Virus record (IMG/VR): IMGVR_UViG_3300003322_001323
Coordinates: 1 to 64,000 of that record
Strand: one strand, 5' to 3'
DNA from: a virus
DNA length: 64,000 nucleotides
In this document: positions 35,681 to 44,463 of the stretch, piece by piece
Layout: every line of letters begins with the position of its first letter
Position numbering within the stretch: position 1 is the stretch's first letter
Notes under the pieces: generated by a model
What the model was told of the DNA's origin: nothing
Databases searched by the model: none
What the model saw: only the letters and a program-made list of their open reading frames with translations
Made by a program: the position numbers and the translations under genes

Positions 35681-37252
35681 CTACATGGCCTCCGGCTTGG
35701 AAAGAGCCGGCAGCTTGAACTCCTCGGTCTGCTTCGAAAAGGCCGGGAGCACCCACAAATTCACAATCTTGCCCTTGATGGTCCGCACCTCGCTGATGGC
35801 GCGGCGCCGGTGCAGAAACTTCCAGATGGCGCGCTCGTCAATGCCGGACACGCGATGCTGCTGGAGATATTGGAGAAAGTCCGAGGACTGAAAGTAAACC
35901 AGGCCCGCCGCCTCGTCCGTGTAGGGCTTGCCCATGATTACCTCGTCCAGCTCCTTGGCAATCACCTTGCCGGTGCAGAAGCGGTGCAGGAAGCTCCACC
36001 ACTGACCCTCGCGGGTGGCGTCCTCCGGCACGTCCACTTCCTCCGCCTCGTCCATCAGCCCCTGGACCAGCTCCATCCACTTGGCGGGCTTGATCGGCCG
36101 CGGCCAGAAGCTGGTGGCCTCGATCACGGCCGCGGCAAACCGCATCTGGTTCATGAAGGTCGGTGTGTCAATCTCCAGACGGCGCTCATTTACCTCGATG
36201 ATCCAGGTTACTGGATCGGTCTTGAGCTTTACCACCTTTCCAAACGCGACGTCGCTTGTATCGGAGAGCGGAATCTTCTCCTTTTTCTTCGGCGTTATTC
36301 CAAACTCGCACTTGGCGCAGGCCTTCTTGTCGCACAGCTCCTTGATCGGTGACTGCTCGCACATGTAGAAGTAGTCGCGCTTGGTCACCGAGCGCGCCAC
36401 CCCCTGCATTTCCTTGAAGGGCAGGGGGTTTTCCAGCAACTCGTTTAGCGGCTGCATATGGTCCATGAACTTTTCCAGCCCGTAGCGCGCCTTGGCGTAG
36501 CGGGCCAGGTTGAAAAGCATATTGTTGTCCCAATCGCCGAACTTTTTCTCGCGCACCCCGCGCGTGAAGCACGGTGGTGCACCGCGCAGCAAATCGTCCA
36601 GGCCGCCGGTGGACGGCAGCGCCTGGACCTCGATCGCCGCGAGCATTCCCGGTCCGCTCAGCGCCGCGTCGGCCGCAACCGCCAGGAACCCTTCGGGAGT
36701 CATAGCCTCGCCGGTTACCGGGTTCAGCGCGTAGCGATTGGAGAACTCGCCGCCGGCATAGGGCATGTTGATCCAGTTGCCCGTACCGTCATCGTCGATG
36801 GTATCCTGCTTGGGAAAGACTTCCACGCCGGCGTAGCCCAGGGCTTCCGCCCACTTGGCGAGTTGGGCACGCACGAGCGCGGCCGGCGCCGGGTTATCGA
36901 GAAATAAATATAGATGCGCACCGCCGGACTTGGTGCGACAGACGATAAGCGGCAGCTTTAGCCGCTGTACCCGTGCGTTGAGGGCCTTAAGGTCCAGGCC
37001 ATCGTAGATGTCAATATCGATGGCGCCAAACCGGCACTCGCTGTTCTCGTTGATCGGCACGACGCCGATGGCGTAGGAGCCGCTGAGATGCTTCTCCCAG
37101 AGCTCGGCCGTATAGGTGCTGTGAACGGTCTTGCGCTTGCCGGTCAGCTTGCCCTTGGCGTCGGCCGTGAGGCCGCCACCCAGCGCGTAGGTGCCGTGGC
37201 CTCGTTGAAGCCCGGCGAAGCGCGCATAAAATTGTTCGGCAAGCGATGACAT
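35681..37252 (-). CDS. AEP-superfamily primase (TOTE-type primase domain)
   Basis: WEKHLSG, FGAIDID, RTKSGGAHLY, EVFPKQ, GNWINMPY. Confidence 0.85.
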   Translation of the reverse strand: MSSLAEQFYARFAGLQRGHGTYALGGGLTADAKGKLTGKRKTVHSTYTAELWEKHLSGSYAIGVVPINENSECRFGAIDIDIYDGLDLKALNARVQRLKLPLIVCRTKSGGAHLYLFLDNPAPAALVRAQLAKWAEALGYAGVEVFPKQDTIDDDGTGNWINMPYAGGEFSNRYALNPVTGEAMTPEGFLAVAADAALSGPGMLAAIEVQALPSTGGLDDLLRGAPPCFTRGVREKKFGDWDNNMLFNLARYAKARYGLEKFMDHMQPLNELLENPLPFKEMQGVARSVTKRDYFYMCEQSPIKELCDKKACAKCEFGITPKKKEKIPLSDTSDVAFGKVVKLKTDPVTWIIEVNERRLEIDTPTFMNQMRFAAAVIEATSFWPRPIKPAKWMELVQGLMDEAEEVDVPEDATREGQWWSFLHRFCTGKVIAKELDEVIMGKPYTDEAAGLVYFQSSDFLQYLQQHRVSGIDERAIWKFLHRRRAISEVRTIKGKIVNLWVLPAFSKQTEEFKLPALSKPEAM

Positions 37253-37283
37253 AAACCCAGCCCATTGTTTTTATTATCAGCAA

Positions 37284-37318
37284 TGGGGTCACGGTCTCGA
37301 CAAAGCCCCGTGACCCCA
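37284..37318. promoter_or_regulatory. Intergenic hairpin
   Basis: TGGGGTCACGG...CCGTGACCCCA, 11-bp stem; no U-tract on the coding strand. Confidence 0.45.
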
Positions 37319-37336
37319 CTCTTACTCAACTAAAGG

Positions 37337-38296
37337 CTACATGGGCGGTTCGTTGCCGTGCTTATCGCCGACACCTTCATCAGCGCCGGTTTTGTCGGTG
37401 CTGATGTCGGCGCTGGCCTTGCCCTCCTTGAGCATGGCGTGGAAGGCCTTGGCATCCTGGTAGAGCGGATCACTCACCGGAATGAGGCTCTTTTGATAGG
37501 CGTCCTCGCTGCCGTCCTCGCGCTTGGTGGCAAGCGTGAGGTTGTAGCCGTAGAAGTCGCCCTTCTTGTTGCCCTCGAAGGCCGTCTTCAACGACCAGCG
37601 ATGCGCCCACATCGGCGGTGTCACGTCCGGCAGCGGGGCGTTTTCCGTGGACTTCGGGTTGGGATACTTGAAGTTGGTCACGCGTCCCATAAAGCCCTGG
37701 TACTTCTTGATCTGCGTGGACTTGAAGCTCAACACCGCCCGGAAGCGCTGACCACTGTTCGGGTCCTTGAAAATGCCGAACAGCGAAAAGACCTCCGTGA
37801 TTTCGGTGCCGTCCAGCGCCTCGCCCTTGTCGTTGCGCTTGGTGACACCGCGCGGCAGACGCCCGAACTTTCCGTGCTCGGCCTGGAGCTTGAGCACGAG
37901 TGGGTCGCTGGGCTCATAGACGGCAACCAGGCCGCCACCCAACGGCCGAGGCGTGAACTCCAGGAACTTGTGGTCACGGAACACCGGAATAAACTCCATC
38001 GCGGTCTCATCGATCGCGTAGAGCTCGCCGGTGGCGCCATTCAGCAGCATGCCGGCCTTCGCGCCCGGCATTCCGCCCGCGGCCACGGGCTTGACCTGCG
38101 GCGAAAGGGGTTGGAGCAGGTTGAGGAAGGGAATCTTCAGCTCCGCGCTGGAAACTCCCTCCAGGCCCGCGCCGGCGTCCTCGCCGAAGTCGTAGGTCTG
38201 AATCGCCGTGCCGGTGGACTGCTCCGCCGGCAGGTTCTTGGTTTCTTCCTTCTTCACTTCTTCGTTCTTCACTTCTTCATTCTTCGCTTTGGACAT
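37337..38296 (-). CDS. Putative ssDNA-binding/annealing protein
   Basis: GLEGVSSAELKIPFLNLLQPLSPQV; NKKGDFYG; acidic tail; located in the replication cluster. Confidence 0.6.
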   Translation of the reverse strand: MSKAKNEEVKNEEVKKEETKNLPAEQSTGTAIQTYDFGEDAGAGLEGVSSAELKIPFLNLLQPLSPQVKPVAAGGMPGAKAGMLLNGATGELYAIDETAMEFIPVFRDHKFLEFTPRPLGGGLVAVYEPSDPLVLKLQAEHGKFGRLPRGVTKRNDKGEALDGTEITEVFSLFGIFKDPNSGQRFRAVLSFKSTQIKKYQGFMGRVTNFKYPNPKSTENAPLPDVTPPMWAHRWSLKTAFEGNKKGDFYGYNLTLATKREDGSEDAYQKSLIPVSDPLYQDAKAFHAMLKEGKASADISTDKTGADEGVGDKHGNEPPM

Positions 38297-38355
38297 ACTA
38301 ACTTTCCTTCTTCAACTGCCCGAACTTTCTAGCGGCAACGGGCTAACCGCGCTTC

Positions 38356-38388
38356 TGTCTGTACGCGTCAAATTGATGCGTACAGACA
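38356..38388. repeat. Near-perfect 33-bp palindrome
   Basis: TGTCTGTACGCGTCAA-A-TTGATGCGTACAGACA, one mismatch. Confidence 0.85.
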
Positions 38389-38392
38389 AACC

Positions 38393-38584
38393 TTATTTTT
38401 TAAGCGCGCGATACATTCCAATGGAAATAAACGCAACGGTGAGTAGAAATAATACGGCTAAAATCCCCATAAGAATGATTTGCCCAACCTCAAACGTGGT
38501 AAGCACTACCATTCCTAGCATGATGGCTACAGCCACCAGCCAAGCCAGGACAACAGAGGCGGCGGCGCGCTTATTCATTGGCAT
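38393..38584 (-). CDS. Small 2-TM membrane protein
   Basis: Very hydrophobic 63 aa; GGAG RBS. Confidence 0.55.
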   Translation of the reverse strand: MPMNKRAAASVVLAWLVAVAIMLGMVVLTTFEVGQIILMGILAVLFLLTVAFISIGMYRALKK

Positions 38585-38753
38585 ATCTCCAATGCGTCAC
38601 GTCGTTGTCGGGGTCGCGCGGGTCGTGGTGCCACGACAGGCTGGCCGCGCGAATGCGCAGCCGCTCGCCGCCGTCGCGATGAATCACGGAAACGAAGGCC
38701 TGGGCATTACACGGCCGCTCCCCGCCATCGTGGGGTCGATAGCCCTTAACCAT
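38571..38753 (-). CDS. Hypothetical protein
   Basis: PHDGGERPC...LSWHH...DVTHWRY. Confidence 0.6.
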   Translation of the reverse strand: MVKGYRPHDGGERPCNAQAFVSVIHRDGGERLRIRAASLSWHHDPRDPDNDVTHWRYANE

Positions 38754-39645
38754 CGAACGCCGCCACGCCCTTCTTGCGCTCCTTTTTCTCGAAGGTGGCG
38801 TAACGGAGCTTAAACTGGTCCACGGTATCCGGCAGCGCCTCGTCGGGGTTGAGGCCCTTCTGAATGAAGGTCTCGCGCTCACCCTTGCAGTAGGCCTGCA
38901 GGGTCTGATAGTGGATTTCCTCCTTGATTTCCGGGTGCAGGTCCACCTTGCGCTTGGCAAGGTCGGCGAGGAACTTCTTGGCGGCCTTCACCTGGTCACG
39001 GCCAAACTTGATGACGATGGTACGCTTGACAATGGCATCGTCCTTCTTCTTTTCCAGCCAGCCGATGAACTTCGAGAGGTTATCCTTCTTGATGGAGAAC
39101 TTCACGTCCTCTACCAGCGCGGTCTCCCACTCACCGTCGTTGCGGTCCTTGTAGACCCAGCCACTGGTGCGCGCGTTGGTCATGGCATTGGGAAGGGTTA
39201 TCTCGGTCAGCTCCTTGAGCTCGGCGTGGAGCTTGGCGAGATGGGCCTCCGCTTCCGGTATTAGCAGTTCCTGCAGCTTCAAGCCGCGGCTCACCAGGTG
39301 CGAAATGTTTTCGACCTGCTCCGCGGTGGGGCCAGCGGCCTCGCCGGCGTCCTCCGCGGCCTCAACCTCCACGGGCGGGTTGCTGAAGCTCTTGAGCACG
39401 TCGGCCACGGTCAAGATGTGCACCTCCTCCCCCTGCTGGACGTAGCGGGCGCGGCGGTTGCTCACGTTATGGTCGGCGCACAGGCCGCACATCGGCAGGC
39501 ACACCTTATCGGTCCCCATCACCACGAAGGTGGCGGGCTGGCGGCACGGGATATAGGTGGGTGAACCCATAATGCACTCGGCGCACTCCACGCCGGGGCC
39601 GGGATGCATGTTCTTGGAAACGGGCGGTTTAGATTTTTTCGTCAT
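38746..39645 (-). CDS. Conserved replication-cluster protein
   Basis: TLPNAM, WLE...IVKR, IHYQTLQAY; sits beside the SSB-like gene. Confidence 0.65.
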   Translation of the reverse strand: MTKKSKPPVSKNMHPGPGVECAECIMGSPTYIPCRQPATFVVMGTDKVCLPMCGLCADHNVSNRRARYVQQGEEVHILTVADVLKSFSNPPVEVEAAEDAGEAAGPTAEQVENISHLVSRGLKLQELLIPEAEAHLAKLHAELKELTEITLPNAMTNARTSGWVYKDRNDGEWETALVEDVKFSIKKDNLSKFIGWLEKKKDDAIVKRTIVIKFGRDQVKAAKKFLADLAKRKVDLHPEIKEEIHYQTLQAYCKGERETFIQKGLNPDEALPDTVDQFKLRYATFEKKERKKGVAAFDG

Positions 39646-40060
39646 AGGCAAGTTCTCCAGGCTCTGTGGGGTGGGTAAGATGATTGCTAGCGGGAAACAG
39701 GGGGATTTTGCAGGCGGCATAGCCGAGCTCGCGCCCGCGCCACACCAGCACGTTGAGATTGTCGCACGCTGAGGGGCCGAACACGCCCGCGACGTCGTAG
39801 CCACCTATGATGGAAGCGGCGGCCGCGATGAGCGCGGGATGCCCGATGGGCAACAAAAAATCCTCATCGGGATTGAAGTCCAGTAGTCTCTTGGCCATCT
39901 CCGGCCACCAGCCTTGCGGGTCCAGCGGCGGCTCGCCCGCGGCCGACAGAAAGATGAGCTCGCCGAAGGGCTCGGCCGGGCGCAGGTCGATGGCGCGACC
40001 GTACTCCGCGGAGCCGGGAATGCGCTTGAGGGGTTCGTTGACGACAAAGACCTTGGGCAA
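39629..40060 (-). CDS. Hypothetical protein
   Basis: DLRPAEPFGEL, DFLLPIGHP. Confidence 0.65.
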   Translation of the reverse strand: MPKVFVVNEPLKRIPGSAEYGRAIDLRPAEPFGELIFLSAAGEPPLDPQGWWPEMAKRLLDFNPDEDFLLPIGHPALIAAAASIIGGYDVAGVFGPSACDNLNVLVWRGRELGYAACKIPLFPASNHLTHPTEPGELAYDEKI

Positions 40061-40064
40061 AAGA

Positions 40065-40385
40065 CTATTCCTCGTTCAGGATGGCCGATACCACGCGCGC
40101 GGCAAGCTCGGTGGGGGTGAGCGCGGCGTAGTTTATTACGTCCAGCATGGCTTCCACGCGCTTCTCCGCCTCGCTGCGCTGGCCGGTGCCGATGGACACG
40201 GGGCCCAGGCTGCCGGCCAGCTCCGCCGCCTCGAGGGGCTCAAAGAGAAAGTCGAGCCATCCCTGCGTCGGGTGGCCGAGCCGCAGCACGGGGAAGCTCG
40301 CGCCGCCCAGCGTCACGGTTCCAATCTGGATTGGGGGATTGATGGCGGCGAGATGCACGTCACCTTCCAATTTATCGATACTCAT
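40065..40385 (-). CDS. Hypothetical protein
   Basis: GGAGG RBS. Confidence 0.5.
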   Translation of the reverse strand: MSIDKLEGDVHLAAINPPIQIGTVTLGGASFPVLRLGHPTQGWLDFLFEPLEAAELAGSLGPVSIGTGQRSEAEKRVEAMLDVINYAALTPTELAARVVSAILNEE

Positions 40386-40578
40386 AGGGCCTCCCATCGG
40401 CGTCCTGAAGTTCAAAGGGCTTGAAGTGCACACCACCGATCATCATGGAGGTGCCGTAAAGCATCATCTTGGAGCGGGCCAGCAGGTGCGGGTCCACCCA
40501 TACCACGCTTCCCGGCGCGCACTCCTTGGCGCGCTGGCGCAGGTGGACCTGAGCCTGGTTGGTTGGATCGCCTCTCAT
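40372..40578 (-). CDS. Hypothetical protein
   Basis: Coupled small ORF. Confidence 0.45.
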   Translation of the reverse strand: MRGDPTNQAQVHLRQRAKECAPGSVVWVDPHLLARSKMMLYGTSMMIGGVHFKPFELQDADGRPYEYR

Positions 40579-40766
40579 GGGTGCTCATCCTCCACGAAGC
40601 GATTCAGGCACGCGACACCCCAGACAAAAAATACAACCGTTCCAGCCATAAGGGGAAGCGCGTTGAGCTTCTCGTCGTGAAAAATATCGACCGCTATCAG
40701 CATTAAGATGGCGTTGGTGAAGAAGCTAAGGGCGGAAGCGAAATGGCGGCGCTGGCGCTTGGTCAT
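40575..40766 (-). CDS. Small 2-TM membrane protein
   Basis: ATGA overlaps; hydrophobic. Confidence 0.5.
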   Translation of the reverse strand: MTKRQRRHFASALSFFTNAILMLIAVDIFHDEKLNALPLMAGTVVFFVWGVACLNRFVEDEHP

Positions 40767-42421
40767 ATCCACTTCCCCGAATGCTCGTTGAGGATCAGGT
40801 CGGAGAGCTTGCGGCGCTCGCGGTGGCTGCGCACGATGTCCTCGTCCTTGGTGTCCTGGGCGATTAAATCGACAATGCCGGTGGCTACAGTCCGAAGGCC
40901 GGTTTGAGCCCGGACTTCGGACTGTAGACGCTGATTGAGGCCAAACTCGGAGGAGTAGTACATCATCCAGCGCGCCGCCGAGACGTTGACGGCGCGGCCG
41001 GCCGAGCGGGTCTTGGCGACGAAGGTGTCAAACTCGCCCGCCTGGAAGCCCGCCTTGTTGCGATGCTTGGTTTCGTCGTCCACCTTGCCGTCGTAGCGGC
41101 AGGGCCGGCGCCCGAGGTCGCGGCAGAGCTGGAGCACGTCGGCTATGTCCTGGTCGAAGCGGCACCAGATGATAGCCGGATCGGGAGAGACCCGAAACTC
41201 AGCGGCGAGCCCGAGCAGCTTAGGGTTGCGATCAAACGGAACAAGGCGCTGTAGGGGGACGTCGCTTTCAAGGACGCCAAGGCCGTCACACGCCGCGCAG
41301 TCATCGCCCTCTCCCAGGCATCGCTCGCAAACGGTCGCGGATTTGGAACTGGGCCAGAAGCCGCTAGTGAGCTGCTGCAGGCGCAGATAGCGCGTGAGTA
41401 CGTTGGCCACGCTGACCTTGCCGAGAGCTTCCAGCTCCAGCTCGTAGTCAACGGACAGCTTTTCGTAATGCGCGCGCTGCTCATCGGTCAACTCCACGTA
41501 GCGCTTCTGATAGATGGGCTCGGGTACGTCCTTGAAGACGTCCTTGAAGAGAACCCGATAGGTATGCGGCGCGATGATCCGCTGCATTTTATCCAGGTTC
41601 TTGTAAATGGGCCGGCCATTCTCGTCCTTCTTGGTCCGGCTGAAGGCCTTGGCGTCGCGGCCATACTTGACGACCTCCTGCTCGCAGTATTTGGCGCGAA
41701 AGACGGTGGCGTTGGTGCCGAAATAGTGGTCGCCGAGAAAGCGATACTGGGTAAAGACCGGCACGGGCTCGCCGCCGTTGGGCGTACCGTCCAAGACGCG
41801 CTTCATTACCGCGTGCTTGCTCATGTAGTAGAGCGACTTGGTGAGCGCGGCATCGGGGGTCTGCATCAGGAGCGTACCCTCGTCGCCCACCAGCAGGACC
41901 TTGCGCTTCTTGAGGAACCTGGTCAGCATGAACTCGGTGAAGGCGTCGGTGCGGGCGCTCTCGCCGTTGATGCAGATGATGGAAAGCCCGTCAAAGGCGA
42001 GGAGGTTGGCGAGCTCCTCCGCATAGGACAGGTTCCGGGCCTTGCGCCGGCCGTTGGGCAGGCGCACCTTCTTGTTGAAGCCCGCCTTGGTGTTGTCCCA
42101 CAGCAGCACGCGCTTGGGGATGAAGTTCGGCAGCATGCCTGCGTTGATCTCGTCCACCCAGTTGCGCGGCGCGCCCGAGGGCATGGCCACGATCACCAGG
42201 GCGTCAATTTTCTTTTGGAGAAAGTTGTAGGCGGCCGTGTCCAGGATTACCTGGGTCTTGCCGGTGCGCTGCTCCATGGAGAGGTAGAAGCCGCCGCGAT
42301 CGTGGCTGCGGGCAAAGCCCTCCACCTGATGATCCCAGCGCGTGCGGCCGGGCAAGGGCGTGGCGGCAATGTAGTCGCCGGGGCTCCAGCCCGCGGCCTC
42401 GCTCAAATTCGGCACCGACAA
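40763..42421 (-). CDS. SNF2-like SF2 helicase
   Basis: MEQRTGKT, VGDEG, LDGTP, LRLQQLTSG, IIWCRF, QSEVRA; several motifs degenerate. Confidence 0.85.
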   Translation of the reverse strand: MSVPNLSEAAGWSPGDYIAATPLPGRTRWDHQVEGFARSHDRGGFYLSMEQRTGKTQVILDTAAYNFLQKKIDALVIVAMPSGAPRNWVDEINAGMLPNFIPKRVLLWDNTKAGFNKKVRLPNGRRKARNLSYAEELANLLAFDGLSIICINGESARTDAFTEFMLTRFLKKRKVLLVGDEGTLLMQTPDAALTKSLYYMSKHAVMKRVLDGTPNGGEPVPVFTQYRFLGDHYFGTNATVFRAKYCEQEVVKYGRDAKAFSRTKKDENGRPIYKNLDKMQRIIAPHTYRVLFKDVFKDVPEPIYQKRYVELTDEQRAHYEKLSVDYELELEALGKVSVANVLTRYLRLQQLTSGFWPSSKSATVCERCLGEGDDCAACDGLGVLESDVPLQRLVPFDRNPKLLGLAAEFRVSPDPAIIWCRFDQDIADVLQLCRDLGRRPCRYDGKVDDETKHRNKAGFQAGEFDTFVAKTRSAGRAVNVSAARWMMYYSSEFGLNQRLQSEVRAQTGLRTVATGIVDLIAQDTKDEDIVRSHRERRKLSDLILNEHSGKWI

Positions 42422-42599
42422 ATCTCCAAGCTCTGCGATCGGTTCAAATAAATATGTAGCGGGCGAGAAGCGCGATTGGCGCTACTCGTTCCATTAGCTT
42501 TACGCGGTGATAGGCCCCGGCTCCTCGCCCAGAATCCGACGCTATAAAAAGTAAACAATTGGTGTCCATAGCTGAGCGAAGTTATTTTTTGACGGATTG

Positions 42600-43133
42600 T
42601 CAGTCAAGCTCGTAGGCCTGGGTCGAGGTGAGCTGATAGGCAATCTTGCCCTCAAAGGTATAGGAGCGCTTCACCAGGCCCTCCTGCTTGAGCTTGTGAA
42701 GGGCAACCAGCGCCTTCTGACGCGCGAACTTTCGCTCGTGCGGGGTGTCGTTGGCGCCCTTCATGTAGAGCTCGGCAATGGCGTCCACGGCGATGGGCCG
42801 GTCCACCCGCAGGCTGCGAATTAGCTCCATGCGAGTGACGCGCTCGTAGGTATGGCGCTGGTTGTTGAACGTGCCCACCTCGGAGAGCGATCGCTCCACG
42901 ATGTCGATGCCGAGGTTCTTCAGGGCGCGGCGCGCGCGGTTTAATTCATCGCGCTGCTCGGGTCTCCAATCTGTGACAAGTTGCCGCATTGGAGAGAAGG
43001 AGAGCTCGCTGTCGGGCCAGGTCAGGCCGTTCTTGCTTACGTCGTCAACCTCCGCGGCCTCGACGAGGGCGACGCTCAGGCCGGTGCGAGGTCCAGAGGT
43101 GCGGCCAAAGCGGCCAGAACCGGGTCCACCCAT
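42600..43133 (-). CDS. Hypothetical protein, possible winged-helix regulator
   Basis: AAGGA RBS; first gene of the leftward block; ALHKLKQEGLV. Confidence 0.6.
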   Translation of the reverse strand: MGGPGSGRFGRTSGPRTGLSVALVEAAEVDDVSKNGLTWPDSELSFSPMRQLVTDWRPEQRDELNRARRALKNLGIDIVERSLSEVGTFNNQRHTYERVTRMELIRSLRVDRPIAVDAIAELYMKGANDTPHERKFARQKALVALHKLKQEGLVKRSYTFEGKIAYQLTSTQAYELD

Positions 43134-43416
43134 AGTAGATAAATCCTTTCAAGGGGTTACAGGGGGTTAGTCGTAATTCGCCTCAATTCGCGCTCCTGGT
43201 CTATATAAGCGCGGTGGGACATTACGAGAGCATCCTAATCTAAAAAAGTAAACAGCAAAGTTTTTAGGTTAGGATAGCTTCGAAATGCATCTATACGTGT
43301 ACCCGCGCGCGAACCGCGGTGGGTGGACCCAATAGGTCCTGGGTGGGCGAGCGAGGGAGTTACTCAGTTTTTACGATTTGCGAGCCAGGATGCGGCGGGT
43401 TTGTCGAAGGCGGCGC
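43134..43416. promoter_or_regulatory. Divergent early/late control region
   Basis: AT-rich non-coding gap at the strand switch; contains AAAAGTAAACA. Confidence 0.55.
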
Positions 43417-43923
43417 ATGCGGCGATGGTACGTGGCGAGAACGCAGGCGGGGCTTGGCTCCATCGCGGAGCGAGAGCTTCAGCGTGCGTACGGCGATCGG
43501 CCGGCGTTCAAAACGCTGATGCCATTGGACGACAAGGGCCGCTCGGTCTTTGGTCCGTACATCTTCATCGAAATTGATCTTGACACGGACTATTGGGAGC
43601 CGATCAACTCGGTGCGCGGCGTGATGCGCCTGTTGCCCATTGGTCTGCCATCCCCCCTGCCACTTCGCGATGATTTCATGCGAAGCTTGCAGAAGCGCCT
43701 GAACGATGGCGATTTCAACGAGAAGGTCGCGGTTGAGCTGGTTTACGCCTATTCGGCCCAGGAGCCGGCGCTGGTTACCTCGGGGCCTTGGGAGGGTCAC
43801 GTTGGCAATTTTGTGCGACGACGTAAGGGATTTATAAACCTTTCGCTGTTATTGTTCAACCGACCCTTCGAAATCCCAATTCCGGCCCACCAGGTCCGAC
43901 CCGCGTCGCCAAAAGCAGCTTGA
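43417..43923 (+). CDS. nusG: NusG/RfaH-family antiterminator
   Basis: WYVART, FGPYIFI, NSVRGV, KOW-like TSGPWEG; start could be 43390. Confidence 0.85.
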   Translation: MRRWYVARTQAGLGSIAERELQRAYGDRPAFKTLMPLDDKGRSVFGPYIFIEIDLDTDYWEPINSVRGVMRLLPIGLPSPLPLRDDFMRSLQKRLNDGDFNEKVAVELVYAYSAQEPALVTSGPWEGHVGNFVRRRKGFINLSLLLFNRPFEIPIPAHQVRPASPKAA

Positions 43924-43977
43924 GGCTGAGTGCGGCAGCTATTGGCCGCTTGATTTAAACCAAGAACAATTCATGTA

Positions 43978-44463
43978 ATGGGCAAGGCGCTAGCGAAGAA
44001 AACCAATGGGCATGGAGGAGCCAGGCCCAACGCTGGCCGCAAGCCCGGCGGCCTCGGTGAGAAGGCGCGGCTCTATGCGGCGCAAGCCGCGGAGGATGGC
44101 GTACGGCCCATTGACGTGATGCTTGGCAACATGCGCTACTACCACGAGCGCGCCGAGGATTTCGACAAGAAGCTGGAGGCGGTTGCCACCTCCATGACTC
44201 CGGAGCAGATCGCCGCGGGCGGCGAGGAGGTGCTCAACGTTCTGAAGCTGGTGGCCAAGATTGGCGAGTTTCGCATGAAGGCGCAGACTTGCGCCGTGGA
44301 CGCGGCACCTTACGTTCATCCACGCTTAACCGCGATTGCGGTGAAGGTGGACAATGGCGATTCGAAGAAGCCATTGATTTCCATCTCCGAGCAGAAAACG
44401 CCACAGATGGCGGCTGAGGCCTACGCGCAGATGCTGGCGGAAGGTTATGACGAAGAAGCCTAA
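43978..44463 (+). CDS. terS: Terminase small subunit
   Basis: GGARPNAGRKPG; AAPYVHPRL; immediately precedes TerL. Confidence 0.75.
   Translation: MGKALAKKTNGHGGARPNAGRKPGGLGEKARLYAAQAAEDGVRPIDVMLGNMRYYHERAEDFDKKLEAVATSMTPEQIAAGGEEVLNVLKLVAKIGEFRMKAQTCAVDAAPYVHPRLTAIAVKVDNGDSKKPLISISEQKTPQMAAEAYAQMLAEGYDEEA

Noticed and set aside
42422-43416. CtrA boxes (TTAA-N7-TTAA) or cos/pac site in the control region
   Set aside because: No full CtrA box seen by eye, and no terminal-repeat evidence is available from this window.
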